From a virus (taxonomy: Duplodnaviria; Heunggongvirae; Uroviricota; Caudoviricetes), in the IMG/VR virus record IMGVR_UViG_3300028031_000001, positions 1 through 64,000 of that record: a stretch of 64,000 bases of DNA. One strand, given 5' to 3'. Positions 9,802 through 19,288 of this stretch are shown piece by piece. Both the position numbers and the translations under genes were made by a program. Each line of letters starts with the position of its first letter. Positions within the stretch are counted from its first letter, which is position 1. The notes beneath the pieces were generated by a model. That model was not told the origin of the DNA, ran no database searches, and saw only the letters and a list, made by a program, of their open reading frames with translations.

Positions 9802-10265
9802 TGATAAGTCCAATTGATAAATTTATTACAGAAAGTAATGCGATTGAGGGTATTTTTGGAAACCCAACACACGCAGAAAGAGATGAGCTTATGAGATTTA
9901 TCGATCTGGATGAGCTTACAGTAATAGATGTGACAAAATTTGTTAGAGTTTATCAACCAGACGCGAAGTTAAGGAAAACTGTAGGTTTAAACGTTCGGGT
10001 TGGAAGTTATCTTCCGCCAGAAGGTGGCCCAAGGGTTTTAGATAATCTTAAATCAATATTACACTCCGCAAATTTAGAAGAGGACTCAGGGCCGAATTCT
10101 GCGTATTATATACATCATAGATACGAAAGCCTACACCCATATACAGATGGTAATGGCCGCTCAGGAAGGGCGATATGGCTTTGGCAAATGGGACAAAGAG
10201 GTTTTGGGTTACCATTTCTACAATCATTTTATTATCAAGCGCTAGACGCTGGACACAGGGGTTAG
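9771..10265 (+). CDS. Fic/Doc family protein (putative AMPylase)
   Basis: Canonical Fic motif HPYTDGNGRSGR (HPFx[DE]GNGR). Confidence 0.8.
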   Translation: MCIAIPWREIMISPIDKFITESNAIEGIFGNPTHAERDELMRFIDLDELTVIDVTKFVRVYQPDAKLRKTVGLNVRVGSYLPPEGGPRVLDNLKSILHSANLEEDSGPNSAYYIHHRYESLHPYTDGNGRSGRAIWLWQMGQRGFGLPFLQSFYYQALDAGHRG

Positions 10266-10267
10266 GT

Positions 10268-10483
10268 ATGAATAAGATAATAGTTAATATATTTTTTGCG
10301 TTATTTTTTATAATATTTTTTGTAGGGGTAGGGCTTCCATTTCTATTTTCTGCAAAGAGTATGATTGCGGTGGTATTGGGTTTTACTCTTATACCATTTA
10401 TAATTATAGTGGTGATATGGTTTTTTAAACGTATTTTTAAATTGATAAATGAGGAGATGGAAAATGTTGAAATTGATAAATAG
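10268..10483 (+). CDS. Small two-helix membrane protein, a possible NfeD-like partner of the SPFH protein
   Basis: An internal ATG (MNKIIVNIFF...) with an AGG RBS sits inside tracked ORF 10175..10483. It has two hydrophobic helices, and its end overlaps the SPFH gene start. Confidence 0.45.
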   Translation: MNKIIVNIFFALFFIIFFVGVGLPFLFSAKSMIAVVLGFTLIPFIIIVVIWFFKRIFKLINEEMENVEIDK

Positions 10484-11342
10484 TTTTAAATTAGTAGGGG
10501 TTTTGCTATTTGCATTCGCACTGGCAGGATGTGATAAAGTACCGGCGGGTAACGTAGGCGTAAAAGTCTTCTTACTAGGTGGCGAAAAGGGTGTTGATCA
10601 TGTAGAGTTAGGTGTAGGGCGTTACTGGATTGGCTTTAATGAAGACCTGTTTATCTTTCCAACATTTACACAGAATTATAACTGGACGCAAAGTCGATCT
10701 GAAGGATCAGAAAATGACGAGTCTATCACGTTTCAAACTGTAGAAGGATTAAGTTTAGGCGCTGATGTGGGTATTAGCTATGCAATCAATCCCGAAATGG
10801 TTAGCAGTGTATTTGTTAAGTATAGACGTGGGATAAACGAAATCACGGATACGTTTCTAAGGAATATGGTACGTGACGCGTTTGTTGCAGAAGCTTCTAC
10901 CCTTGGCGTTGAAGCGGTATATGGAACTGGCAAGATTGCCCTTATAACGGCTGTAGAAGATCGTGTACGTAGTCAAGTGTCGGATATAGGAATTAATATT
11001 GAACGTATCTATTTTATTGGTGAACTTCGATTGCCTCCTGCCGTAACTGCCGCAATTAATGCTAAAATTGAGGCAACTCAGAAATCGCAGACACGCAGAA
11101 ATGAAGTAGCGATGGCTAAAGCTGAGGCTGACAAGGTGATTGAACATGCTCGTGGTGCTGCGGAATCTGTTTTGCTTGCAGCTTCAGCAGAAGCGACTGC
11201 TATCAATCTTAAGGGCGAAGCATTGCGTAAAAACCCTGAGATTCTTCAACTTAACGCGCTTGAAAAGTGGGATGGTACTTTGCCTAAGTTCTTAGGTGGA
11301 CAAGAGCCAATGCCGTTTATCGATCTAGCGGTAGCAAACTAA
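10449..11342 (+). CDS. SPFH/band-7 (prohibitin/HflC-like) lipoprotein
   Basis: Signal peptide with lipobox LAGC. SPFH-like core with an Ala/Glu-rich coiled coil (AEADKVIEHARGAAESV). Confidence 0.7.
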   Translation: MRRWKMLKLINSFKLVGVLLFAFALAGCDKVPAGNVGVKVFLLGGEKGVDHVELGVGRYWIGFNEDLFIFPTFTQNYNWTQSRSEGSENDESITFQTVEGLSLGADVGISYAINPEMVSSVFVKYRRGINEITDTFLRNMVRDAFVAEASTLGVEAVYGTGKIALITAVEDRVRSQVSDIGINIERIYFIGELRLPPAVTAAINAKIEATQKSQTRRNEVAMAKAEADKVIEHARGAAESVLLAASAEATAINLKGEALRKNPEILQLNALEKWDGTLPKFLGGQEPMPFIDLAVAN

Positions 11343-11353
11343 GTAGAATGATA

Positions 11354-11380
11354 TCGATACCCGTTAGTAGCGGGTATCGA
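11354..11380 (+). terminator. Perfect 10-bp hairpin downstream of the SPFH gene; possibly a terminator without a T-tract
   Basis: TCGATACCCG-ttagtag-CGGGTATCGA; the 3' flank is not T-rich. Confidence 0.3.
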
Positions 11381-11403
11381 AACTCTAATAAAAAGGAAGT
11401 AAG

Positions 11404-12243
11404 GTGGAATTAATGAACAATGTTGATCACCAATATTTACAACATATGCGCAGACTATTAGACGTTGGAGCTGAATCTGAGAATAGAACAGACACAAAGA
11501 CCTTAAGTATATTCGGACATCAAATGAGGTTCGATCTACGAAAAGGATTCCCCATTGTTACTACTAAGAAAGTATTTATGAAGGGAGTTATTCACGAACT
11601 TATCTGGTTTTTATCAGGCTCTACAAACATTAAGTACCTAGTAGAAAATGATGTTCATATATGGGATGAATGGGCAGACGATAATGGTGAATTAGGCCCG
11701 GTCTATGGCTCACAATGGAGAGATTGGAAATCTGAGCGTGGTGCAAGTATAGACCAAATCCGCGAATTGGAAAACGATTTATTATTTAAACCAAATTCTA
11801 GACGAATGATAGTAACTGCATGGAACCCCGGAGTACTGCATAAACAGGCTCTACCGCCATGTCATTTGTTATTTCAATTTGGAACAGAGTTGATTCCAAA
11901 TGCAGGTGGTATGAGATATCTTAACTGCCATTTGTACCAACGATCAGCAGACTGGTTCTTAGGCGTACCCTTTAACATATCAAGCTATGCTCTATTAATG
12001 ATGATTATAGCAAGGCGTGTAGGTATGATACCTAAGACGTTCGTACATTCTTTCGGTGATACACATCTATACGTCAATCACAAAATACAGGCTGATATTC
12101 AATTAGGAAGAAAGGGATATGTCTTACCAGAAATGATTATCAATCCGGAGTCTCAAATTAAGATAGACAACTACAAGTACTCGGATTTCGAATTGATAAA
12201 CTACAAACATGATTCAGGATTAAAAGGTGAGGTAGCAGTATGA
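11404..12243 (+). CDS. thyA: Thymidylate synthase
   Basis: Full-length match to ThyA hallmarks (MRFDLRKGFPIVTTKK, PPCHLLFQF with the catalytic Cys, DTHLY). Confidence 0.9.
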   Translation: MELMNNVDHQYLQHMRRLLDVGAESENRTDTKTLSIFGHQMRFDLRKGFPIVTTKKVFMKGVIHELIWFLSGSTNIKYLVENDVHIWDEWADDNGELGPVYGSQWRDWKSERGASIDQIRELENDLLFKPNSRRMIVTAWNPGVLHKQALPPCHLLFQFGTELIPNAGGMRYLNCHLYQRSADWFLGVPFNISSYALLMMIIARRVGMIPKTFVHSFGDTHLYVNHKIQADIQLGRKGYVLPEMIINPESQIKIDNYKYSDFELINYKHDSGLKGEVAV

Positions 12244-12566
12244 TTAAATTAAAACATAACGGCCAAATATATAAATTTTTGGACAAATATAGGGAGCACA
12301 ACGTAACTACCCAATTCTGCCCAATGGCAAGGCAGCTTATTTATAAACGGATTCTTTTGGTTATAGCTGTAGTTTTTCTACCCTTCTTTGCGGTTGGAAT
12401 AATTCTAACTCCGCTACATTGGTTTTACGCATTCTGGGGTATGCCGTTCGCATATGATGACTCCGTAATTGGTATATTCGTTAAAATGTCTATGCTAGTG
12501 GAGGGTTTAATAGTAGGTATAGTAATTTGGATTTTTGCAGATATGGCATGTCGAAAATTATTCTAA
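12240..12566 (+). CDS. Membrane protein
   Basis: Hydrophobic helices. Confidence 0.45.
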   Translation: MIKLKHNGQIYKFLDKYREHNVTTQFCPMARQLIYKRILLVIAVVFLPFFAVGIILTPLHWFYAFWGMPFAYDDSVIGIFVKMSMLVEGLIVGIVIWIFADMACRKLF

Positions 12567-12835
12567 GTATCTATAAATAATTCAAAGGTAGTTGACAATA
12601 CGGTAGAGATGATATCCGCAGTACATAATAAATTTTGTCCAATAATCGAATGGGAAGAAAAATAAATGAATCATATTTTAAAGTCAACCGGTCAGACTGT
12701 TTATTTAATAGGCGGTACTGGTAAGTGGATAGATATATTAATTCCTTTCGGGTTTAAATCTAAGGCTGGATATCTTGGGTCGATACAAAAAGTTCGGAAA
12801 GAAAAAATAAAATCCGTAAAGTCTGGATATGGCGC

Positions 12836-13177
12836 GTGATAAAAAAGTTAAAAGACGGTTCAGATTCTACGGCAGAGCCGAAAGTTAAGGGCCATAGAAG
12901 ATATCGTAATAAGATGAAAAAAAAGGGTTATACCTCTGTTTTGTTGTGGATATCTAAGGATCAAAGCAATTTTTTAGATAGAATAGCAAAAATTATGGTA
13001 GTAAGTAGGTCTGAAGCGGCTAGACATCTAATGTTTAAAAGTGGTAGAAAGCTTCAAAAGGCTGGGTTAGTACCTCCCGACATTATTGTGCCAGATATAG
13101 ACGAAAAAGATTTTGAAGTTCCAAAAGACTTTGGAGAATTTGATGGAGTTACTAGCTTTAAGGGAGATGAATTTTGA
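12836..13177 (+). CDS. Putative ribbon-helix-helix DNA-binding protein
   Basis: Basic N-terminus and a CopG-like segment LLWISKDQSNFLDRIAKIMVVSRSEAARHLM. Confidence 0.4.
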   Translation: MIKKLKDGSDSTAEPKVKGHRRYRNKMKKKGYTSVLLWISKDQSNFLDRIAKIMVVSRSEAARHLMFKSGRKLQKAGLVPPDIIVPDIDEKDFEVPKDFGEFDGVTSFKGDEF

Positions 13178-13458
13178 GTGATCCAGTATTTATTGAAGAA
13201 CCAGAGGAAGAATTACCCACAACGCTTATAGAGCTTCTAACTGAAGATAGTATAAACAAATTTAAAGTGATTATTATTTATGGAGATATTATAACTATGA
13301 GAGTTATGTTATCTAAACTAAATTCTTATTATATCCCAGCACAAGGCCAAACAATTAATATTCATTTGGATAGCGGGTTGCATAAAATAAGATTTAAAAA
13401 TCGCAAAATAGCAAAAATTGCAGAATCTAATTTAAATGAAATATTGGAAAATTTATAA
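13174..13458 (+). CDS. Hypothetical protein
   Basis: 94-aa ORF with overlapping stop and start. Confidence 0.4.
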   Translation: MSDPVFIEEPEEELPTTLIELLTEDSINKFKVIIIYGDIITMRVMLSKLNSYYIPAQGQTINIHLDSGLHKIRFKNRKIAKIAESNLNEILENL

Positions 13459-14120
13459 TGGAGAAATATAAGATGACAGGCTTTCAGAAGGTAAAACAGT
13501 TTTGCAGAACTTTTGGTCATGCGTGTAGAAATACAGCTACTCAAATTGACGAAACAACATCTAGACTACGCCTAACTTTAATCGTTGAGGAGACTGCGGA
13601 AGTAGTCGGTGCATACATAGGTAATGCGCAACATAAACATCACCTAAAAGCGGCTCAAGAACATATTTTGATTGCGGAAAAACTTATACAGGAGGCTCAG
13701 AATTATGAATTTTTAGATATCGATCTTGAAAATCTAGCTAAAGAGTTAACTGACGTTAATTATGTAGTTTACGGAGCTGGCGCGGCATTCGGGTTAAATC
13801 TTGACGAGTGTATGGCCGCAGTTCACACAAGTAACATGAGTAAGTTAAACGATGATGGTAGACCTGAATTTAATGATATAGGTAAGGTAGTTAAAGGTGG
13901 TAATTACAAAGAGCCGGACATCGCTGGAATAATTTTTCCAGAACCTTTAGTCGGATTCCATAACGACCCTAGCTATAAAGGTGGGTCGGTTAAAGATGGC
14001 CAATTTACTGGCGAATTAGAAGGTAAAGAAATTTTTGCGCCTTTAAAAAACACCAACAAAGTATATACTGGTAAGGGAAAAATAAAAGATAGAAACGCCC
14101 CAACAAAAGAAGATAAATAA
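13458..14120 (+). CDS. MazG-like nucleoside triphosphate pyrophosphohydrolase
   Basis: LIVEETAEVV contains the MazG EExxE motif, and there is a downstream ExxD (ELTDVNY). Confidence 0.5.
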   Translation: MEKYKMTGFQKVKQFCRTFGHACRNTATQIDETTSRLRLTLIVEETAEVVGAYIGNAQHKHHLKAAQEHILIAEKLIQEAQNYEFLDIDLENLAKELTDVNYVVYGAGAAFGLNLDECMAAVHTSNMSKLNDDGRPEFNDIGKVVKGGNYKEPDIAGIIFPEPLVGFHNDPSYKGGSVKDGQFTGELEGKEIFAPLKNTNKVYTGKGKIKDRNAPTKEDK

Positions 14121-14737
14121 TGGCTATCGGTCTAATAGGCGCTCATAGGGTGGGTAAAACCACCCTAGCAGCAGCAGCGGCAGAAAAGTCAAACATTCCA
14201 TTCATTCCTACAAACTTATCCGCAATTTTGAGGCGTGAAAAAATAGATTTATCTAAGCCAATAGATATCATGCGAAAGATGGAGATACAGCAGATGCTTT
14301 TGGACGAGACTGTAGAGTTGTTTAAAACTCAACAGGGCTCGTATATAACCGATAGGACTCCACTTGATATGCTGGCCTATGTATTAGCGGAAATAGGCCC
14401 ACATGCGTCTCTAGAGGCTTCAGAGTCTATATTAAAGTACTCTAAAGACTGCTTTACACATACAAACCAATTATTTGATCTAATCGTGCTCGTACAACCG
14501 GGAATTGAAATCAAACAAGATATTAAAAAAGAAACGGCACCTATAAACCAAGCATATATAGAAACTTTAAACTATATTATGACTGGACTTATTTATAATG
14601 AATCCTGCACCCCTAAAAAGTTTATAATTCAAAGGGATTGTATAGATTTCGATAAAAGAGCGGAAATTATTGCGCATTTTTTATCCATTTTAGATAATTC
14701 GAAAAATTATTATCCGGAAGGTACAGTTTTTCATTGA
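14120..14737 (+). CDS. P-loop kinase of the AAA_28 / NadR-kinase-like family
   Basis: Walker A IGLIGAHRVGKTTL at the N-terminus. The size and layout fit small nucleotide or nucleoside kinases. Confidence 0.55.
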   Translation: MAIGLIGAHRVGKTTLAAAAAEKSNIPFIPTNLSAILRREKIDLSKPIDIMRKMEIQQMLLDETVELFKTQQGSYITDRTPLDMLAYVLAEIGPHASLEASESILKYSKDCFTHTNQLFDLIVLVQPGIEIKQDIKKETAPINQAYIETLNYIMTGLIYNESCTPKKFIIQRDCIDFDKRAEIIAHFLSILDNSKNYYPEGTVFH

Positions 14738-14791
14738 CATTTAAAGTTTAACGGTGTAAATTATAATCTAAATTAATACGAGCAAAATTAT

Positions 14792-15229
14792 ATGAGCGGA
14801 ATTGGTGAAAATCATAACTACGATCCTACAGACGAGATGAATCTTAAAGCTCTGAAAGCTATACAACTTTTGTGCTTTCAAAAGGAAAGTGGGGATATAT
14901 CTTACGAAAGCCTTATAGTCGGCTTAAATGCCATAAACTTAACCTCTAGAGGCTTAGTTCCGCAGGATACCAGCATAGCCATAGATAATTTAATAGGTAA
15001 AGATTTGGATCGCCCATTTAATTCTGTATCAATGTATCAAGGTGGTAATAAAATATGTATTGTGCGTAGACTGTTAGGGGCTTCTAAGGTTGACATTATG
15101 ATGTATAAAAACTATAAAGAATCTAACAAAACATATAATTGTGACGGAAAAAAAGATGCTGCCGCGATGGAAGAAAAGATAAAATTTGTATTTATTAATG
15201 AAAATTTATTGCCGATATTTCAATCTTGA
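14792..15229 (+). CDS. Hypothetical protein
   Basis: 145-aa ORF. Confidence 0.45.
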   Translation: MSGIGENHNYDPTDEMNLKALKAIQLLCFQKESGDISYESLIVGLNAINLTSRGLVPQDTSIAIDNLIGKDLDRPFNSVSMYQGGNKICIVRRLLGASKVDIMMYKNYKESNKTYNCDGKKDAAAMEEKIKFVFINENLLPIFQS

Positions 15230-15239
15230 GGAGAGTACT

Positions 15240-15608
15240 ATGAGCGATGGAAGAAACGAAAAGAAAACGTACGAACAATTGGAAGAAGAAAATTTCAGAC
15301 TCCGTAGAAAAAACAAAAATAGAGCTAAAGCTCTGCGAGATTTAAATAGAGCTATTGCTGCAAACTATTACCGACATCAAACGAGTGCCGATACAGCTCG
15401 GGGAAACGCCTTAGCTATAAACGCCGCATTAAATATGATTGGGCAATACGGCGGATTTGATGGCTCTCACCATAAAGATTGGGTATTAGACCAAACTGCT
15501 CGCCTTTTGATAGGAAATTTGCAAAGCTATAATAAGTGGGTTGCTAATCTTAAAACTGGAGATGATGGCCCGGAAACTTATTCTTATAGCGAAGGTATAG
15601 CGCCTTGA
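15240..15608 (+). CDS. Hypothetical protein
   Basis: A GAGGAG RBS lies before the ATG (MSDGRNEKK). The gene lies inside tracked ORF 15186..15608. Confidence 0.45.
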   Translation: MSDGRNEKKTYEQLEEENFRLRRKNKNRAKALRDLNRAIAANYYRHQTSADTARGNALAINAALNMIGQYGGFDGSHHKDWVLDQTARLLIGNLQSYNKWVANLKTGDDGPETYSYSEGIAP

Positions 15609-16174
15609 TAGTTACCGGATTAGATACAGAGACCACCGGCCTTTCTCAAGAGAAGGGTCATAGGTTTGTTGAAATATCAGCAATGGTATACGAGACTTTG
15701 GACGGTTCTAACTTTAAGCGGAAGCTTAAGCCCTATTGCCAACGTATAAACCCTATGAGATCGATTGACAAAAAAGCTGAAGCTGTTCACGGTATACCCT
15801 TGTCTGATTTAAAGAATGAGCCGCTTTGGGAGGATGTTGCTCCAAAGATTTTAAAAGTTATGAATATGTCTGATGTTGTGGTATGTCATAACGCAAACTT
15901 TGATATACCATTTATAATTAAGGAACTACTTCGTGTTAACCTAACATTAACATCTGACCCTGAAATATTTTGTACAATGGTAAGTGGGCGGTTAGTGACG
16001 GCTATGGGTAAGATGCCAAACCTTGGTGAGTTATGCGAAGCGTTTGACGTGGATTATGATCCAGATTCCGCTCATTCAGCGGATTATGACACACAAGTCA
16101 TGATGGACTCTTTTATAAAAGGTATACAGACAGACTTTTTTAAACTAGAATCAATAAATACATTAAGAGGTTAA
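15605..16174 (+). CDS. DnaQ-like 3'-5' exonuclease (DEDDh)
   Basis: Exo I (LDTETTG), Exo II (HNANFDIPF) and Exo III (HSADYD) motifs. Confidence 0.8.
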   Translation: MIVTGLDTETTGLSQEKGHRFVEISAMVYETLDGSNFKRKLKPYCQRINPMRSIDKKAEAVHGIPLSDLKNEPLWEDVAPKILKVMNMSDVVVCHNANFDIPFIIKELLRVNLTLTSDPEIFCTMVSGRLVTAMGKMPNLGELCEAFDVDYDPDSAHSADYDTQVMMDSFIKGIQTDFFKLESINTLRG

Positions 16175-16175
16175 G

Positions 16176-16376
16176 ATGGGAGAATTAAATGATTTTATAA
16201 AGGCAATTATAATTAAAGCCATAAGCGGCCTACAAAATATGTTTTGGTTTCTTCTTATATTAACCAATACAATATTTTTATTTATTGGTGAGAATATTTT
16301 TTTTATAGCATTAGCATTGTTCAATGTTGGGCTTTTATCCTATCAATTTTTCAAGGTAATAAAGTATGGGGCGTAG
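16176..16376 (+). CDS. Small membrane protein
   Basis: 66 aa, mostly hydrophobic. Confidence 0.35.
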   Translation: MGELNDFIKAIIIKAISGLQNMFWFLLILTNTIFLFIGENIFFIALALFNVGLLSYQFFKVIKYGA

Positions 16377-16974
16377 CTCAATAGTTGTAATAGGTGCTGC
16401 AAAAGGTGGTACTACTGCCGTAGCTGGTATTACTAGAATACTAGGGGTATATTATGGTACGCATCAAGCATTGGGCGAATGGGATAATCACCACGAAGAT
16501 GTAGAATTCTTCAATTTACTATATCGAGGAAATAATAAAGTATTTGATTTAATTAGAAAAAGAAATAATGACTCTAAAGTGTGGGGATATAAACACCCTA
16601 CACTATATAAAAAATCGCATTATAGAGATATTATGCTTAGTAATTTAATTAATCCAAAATTTATTTTTGTTACTAGAGATTTGGAAGCTATTGGGTTGAG
16701 ACGTGGGCCGGATAAAACTATAGCAGAAAGAATCGCAGATATGACTCGATTATCTATGGAACAAACAAATTTACTGAAATGGATAAATGAAAATTCTATA
16801 GATTATATATTTGTGTCATATGAAAAACTTTTAATAAATACTTTCGACACTATCGGCATAATCTCAGACTTTATAGAGACGCCCTTTAACAGCGTTATAT
16901 GTGAGAAAGCTAACAGATATATAAAAGCTGAAGCTGGGTATATAGATTTTCAAGATTTCCTTAACAATGAGTAG
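16366..16974 (+). CDS. Sulfotransferase-like protein
   Basis: A 5'-PSB-like loop (IGAAKGGTT) and a 3'-PB-like motif (FVTRDLEAIGLRR), as in the Sulfotransfer_3 family. Confidence 0.4.
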   Translation: MGRSSIVVIGAAKGGTTAVAGITRILGVYYGTHQALGEWDNHHEDVEFFNLLYRGNNKVFDLIRKRNNDSKVWGYKHPTLYKKSHYRDIMLSNLINPKFIFVTRDLEAIGLRRGPDKTIAERIADMTRLSMEQTNLLKWINENSIDYIFVSYEKLLINTFDTIGIISDFIETPFNSVICEKANRYIKAEAGYIDFQDFLNNE

Positions 16975-16994
16975 AATTAATATAGGACAAACCA

Positions 16995-17348
16995 ATGGTA
17001 AATGCGAGATTATTAGCGGGTGTGACGAAGATGGAGCAAGCCCGTAGAGCGAGAACACTTCATAAACCGATGTTGTGGAAAAGAGAAGATAATATAGATG
17101 AGGGTTCGCAAAATATGAAAAATAGGAAAAGCGCAGAAGAAATTAGGTGGGAAGCTAAAAATAAGATGGCGAAGTTAGGTATGGTAAAAACATGCCAAGA
17201 TTGTGGTCATGAAATTAGAATGCCGTATAAAAAATGCCAAAGGTGTAAATTAAAGCGGGATAAAGAGGATGCTAAAGAATTATTATTAATCGCAGATTAT
17301 GATCGGATTAATGAACAGCTAGGTGATTTGCCGGATAGCTGGTCGTAA
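16995..17348 (+). CDS. Zinc-ribbon protein
   Basis: CQDCGHEIRMPYKKCQRCK. Confidence 0.4.
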   Translation: MVNARLLAGVTKMEQARRARTLHKPMLWKREDNIDEGSQNMKNRKSAEEIRWEAKNKMAKLGMVKTCQDCGHEIRMPYKKCQRCKLKRDKEDAKELLLIADYDRINEQLGDLPDSWS

Positions 17349-17707
17349 TGCCCATTCCTTCAGAAAATTTTTATAAAATTTGTGATACATTTAGGTCACA
17401 AGTAGAGAATAGTAAACTTTTTCCAAAGATATATAATTCTTCTATTACCGGGCTTAAGGCTACCACTTTTATACTAGACGAATATGCTGAAAAAGAATTA
17501 GCACGCCCAATGTCCCAAGACACGTATAAAGAATGTGTAAAAATTCCTCTTAAAAAACGATTAAAAGATCACGCGTTAAAAGATTTATTTTATACATTAA
17601 AGGATATAGCACGCGTTAAACAATGCGAAAGTGACGAACAAGAACGTGATATGATAAAATTAGCCGAACTGGATAAGGCTGAAGAATTAGGCTATAACAG
17701 TTGGTAG
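17348..17707 (+). CDS. Hypothetical protein
   Basis: 119-aa ORF. Confidence 0.4.
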   Translation: MPIPSENFYKICDTFRSQVENSKLFPKIYNSSITGLKATTFILDEYAEKELARPMSQDTYKECVKIPLKKRLKDHALKDLFYTLKDIARVKQCESDEQERDMIKLAELDKAEELGYNSW

Positions 17708-17761
17708 AAATATAAAACTTGCAAATTATTGAATTTTACTTATATAATACTTTCCAAATAA

Positions 17762-18172
17762 ATGATGGGATGTCCATATGCAAGAACCGAGAAAAGGAAA
17801 AATAGTATGGCAAAAGTGACATACAAAACTAAGATAAAATTGTATACAAAATTAATCGCCTTAAAAGAGCGGAAAATTAAGTTAATAAATTTGCAAATCG
17901 AAATGCTGAATATTGGTATGACTATTCTAGAAAAATTTTCATACGCAAAAGAGGCTAATGAGTATAGAGATCATTTAACCAAAGATGTCTTAAATGCTCG
18001 TAAAAAATTATTTAAGGTTTGTGGGGATTATATATACCTTAAAAATGGTAAGACAGAAGAGTCTAAAATATCTAATGATTTGGGGTTATCCAGAAATTAC
18101 GCATCTATGCAGCTTTATAGGTTGAGGCATGGTGGTTTGCCAATCATTAGCGGCAATGAGGAGTCTATATAA
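17762..18172 (+). CDS. Hypothetical protein
   Basis: 136-aa ORF. Confidence 0.4.
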   Translation: MMGCPYARTEKRKNSMAKVTYKTKIKLYTKLIALKERKIKLINLQIEMLNIGMTILEKFSYAKEANEYRDHLTKDVLNARKKLFKVCGDYIYLKNGKTEESKISNDLGLSRNYASMQLYRLRHGGLPIISGNEESI

Positions 18173-18471
18173 TGCTATATTATATTTTACTTTATCTAGA
18201 AATAGGAATTTGCGTTGCCTTATTCGTCCTGTCGAGGATGTTAACTTTGCCGGGTATTAAGACGTTATTATATCCACCATTTTTTCCTATTAAAATTCAT
18301 ATGTTTACCACTTTTATTATACTAATATCTACAACGGCAATTTGGCCGATTAGGTTCTTGCAAGAATTTTACTATATATATTTGTATATATATAACACTG
18401 AATATAGAGAATTTGTCGAAACTCCCTTAATATACGCAGTAAATATAAAGGTTAAAGATAATGCTAAGTAA
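18172..18471 (+). CDS. Membrane protein
   Basis: Hydrophobic helices. Confidence 0.35.
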   Translation: MLYYILLYLEIGICVALFVLSRMLTLPGIKTLLYPPFFPIKIHMFTTFIILISTTAIWPIRFLQEFYYIYLYIYNTEYREFVETPLIYAVNIKVKDNAK

Positions 18472-18748
18472 TAAAGAATTGCTAATTATAGCGAGGCAAC
18501 TGATAATTAGCGGGGGTTGGGATTTTTCAAACCCCAATGATCCGGTAGATACTGCGTCGGAAAGTCTTACTGAACAATCTACAGCAGATCGCATTATCGC
18601 CACACATGAAGTTAAAATAAAATTAAATAAAATATCTATTGACTATTACGATCAAAGCTGGAATACTATATCTCGGAGTTTAGATAACGAATATCCATTA
18701 TACGTTATAGAGATAGCCATTGAAGAAGAGGATAAATATAATATATGA
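18461..18748 (+). CDS. Hypothetical protein
   Basis: 95-aa ORF. Confidence 0.35.
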   Translation: MLSNKELLIIARQLIISGGWDFSNPNDPVDTASESLTEQSTADRIIATHEVKIKLNKISIDYYDQSWNTISRSLDNEYPLYVIEIAIEEEDKYNI

Positions 18749-19113
18749 AAAAAATAATTTTTATAATAATTCTAGCATTTTCAATACCAGTTTATTCGCA
18801 AGGACTAAATCAAGTAATTATCAATTCCCCATGCAGCTCAATACTTTTTGTCGCCACTACCATATTTTCCGGTGACAATTTGAAAAGATATAAAAAAGAT
18901 TTGGCGTATACTTGGCCTAAACACGACCAAGATGCGTCAAAGAAAGGTGTTGAGAACATTTTGAAAGCTTTAAATGAAAGCGGGTTTGGAAGATATACGA
19001 TTTTGCATAACTACGTAAAAATATGTAGCTCTATGGCTGAAATTCCTAATACAGGGTTAACGCCAACAATAACAAAAGATAGATATATAAAGGATATGCC
19101 TTATGAGTTTTGA
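18745..19113 (+). CDS. Secreted protein
   Basis: N-terminal signal peptide MKKIIFIIILAFSIPVYSQG. Confidence 0.45.
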   Translation: MKKIIFIIILAFSIPVYSQGLNQVIINSPCSSILFVATTIFSGDNLKRYKKDLAYTWPKHDQDASKKGVENILKALNESGFGRYTILHNYVKICSSMAEIPNTGLTPTITKDRYIKDMPYEF

Positions 19114-19288
19114 AGGATATCTAGCAACACAAGTGATAACACAATGGCTAAATAGCTATTGTATCCTAAAAACTAATAAAAAGTATGCCGTTCGGGTACT
19201 ACCCAAACACGAAGGTGATTCAGGCGCTTTAGAGGGGTCATGTGTGCCTGCTGAGGAGGATTGAATACCCATACAGGGAGGGAATGAT

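Noticed and set aside
10175-10267. N-terminal 31 codons of tracked ORF 10175..10483, overlapping the Fic gene
   Set aside because: An internal ATG at 10268 with an AGG RBS lies just after the Fic stop, giving a sensible 72-aa membrane protein. The longer form would need a 90-nt out-of-frame overlap with Fic.
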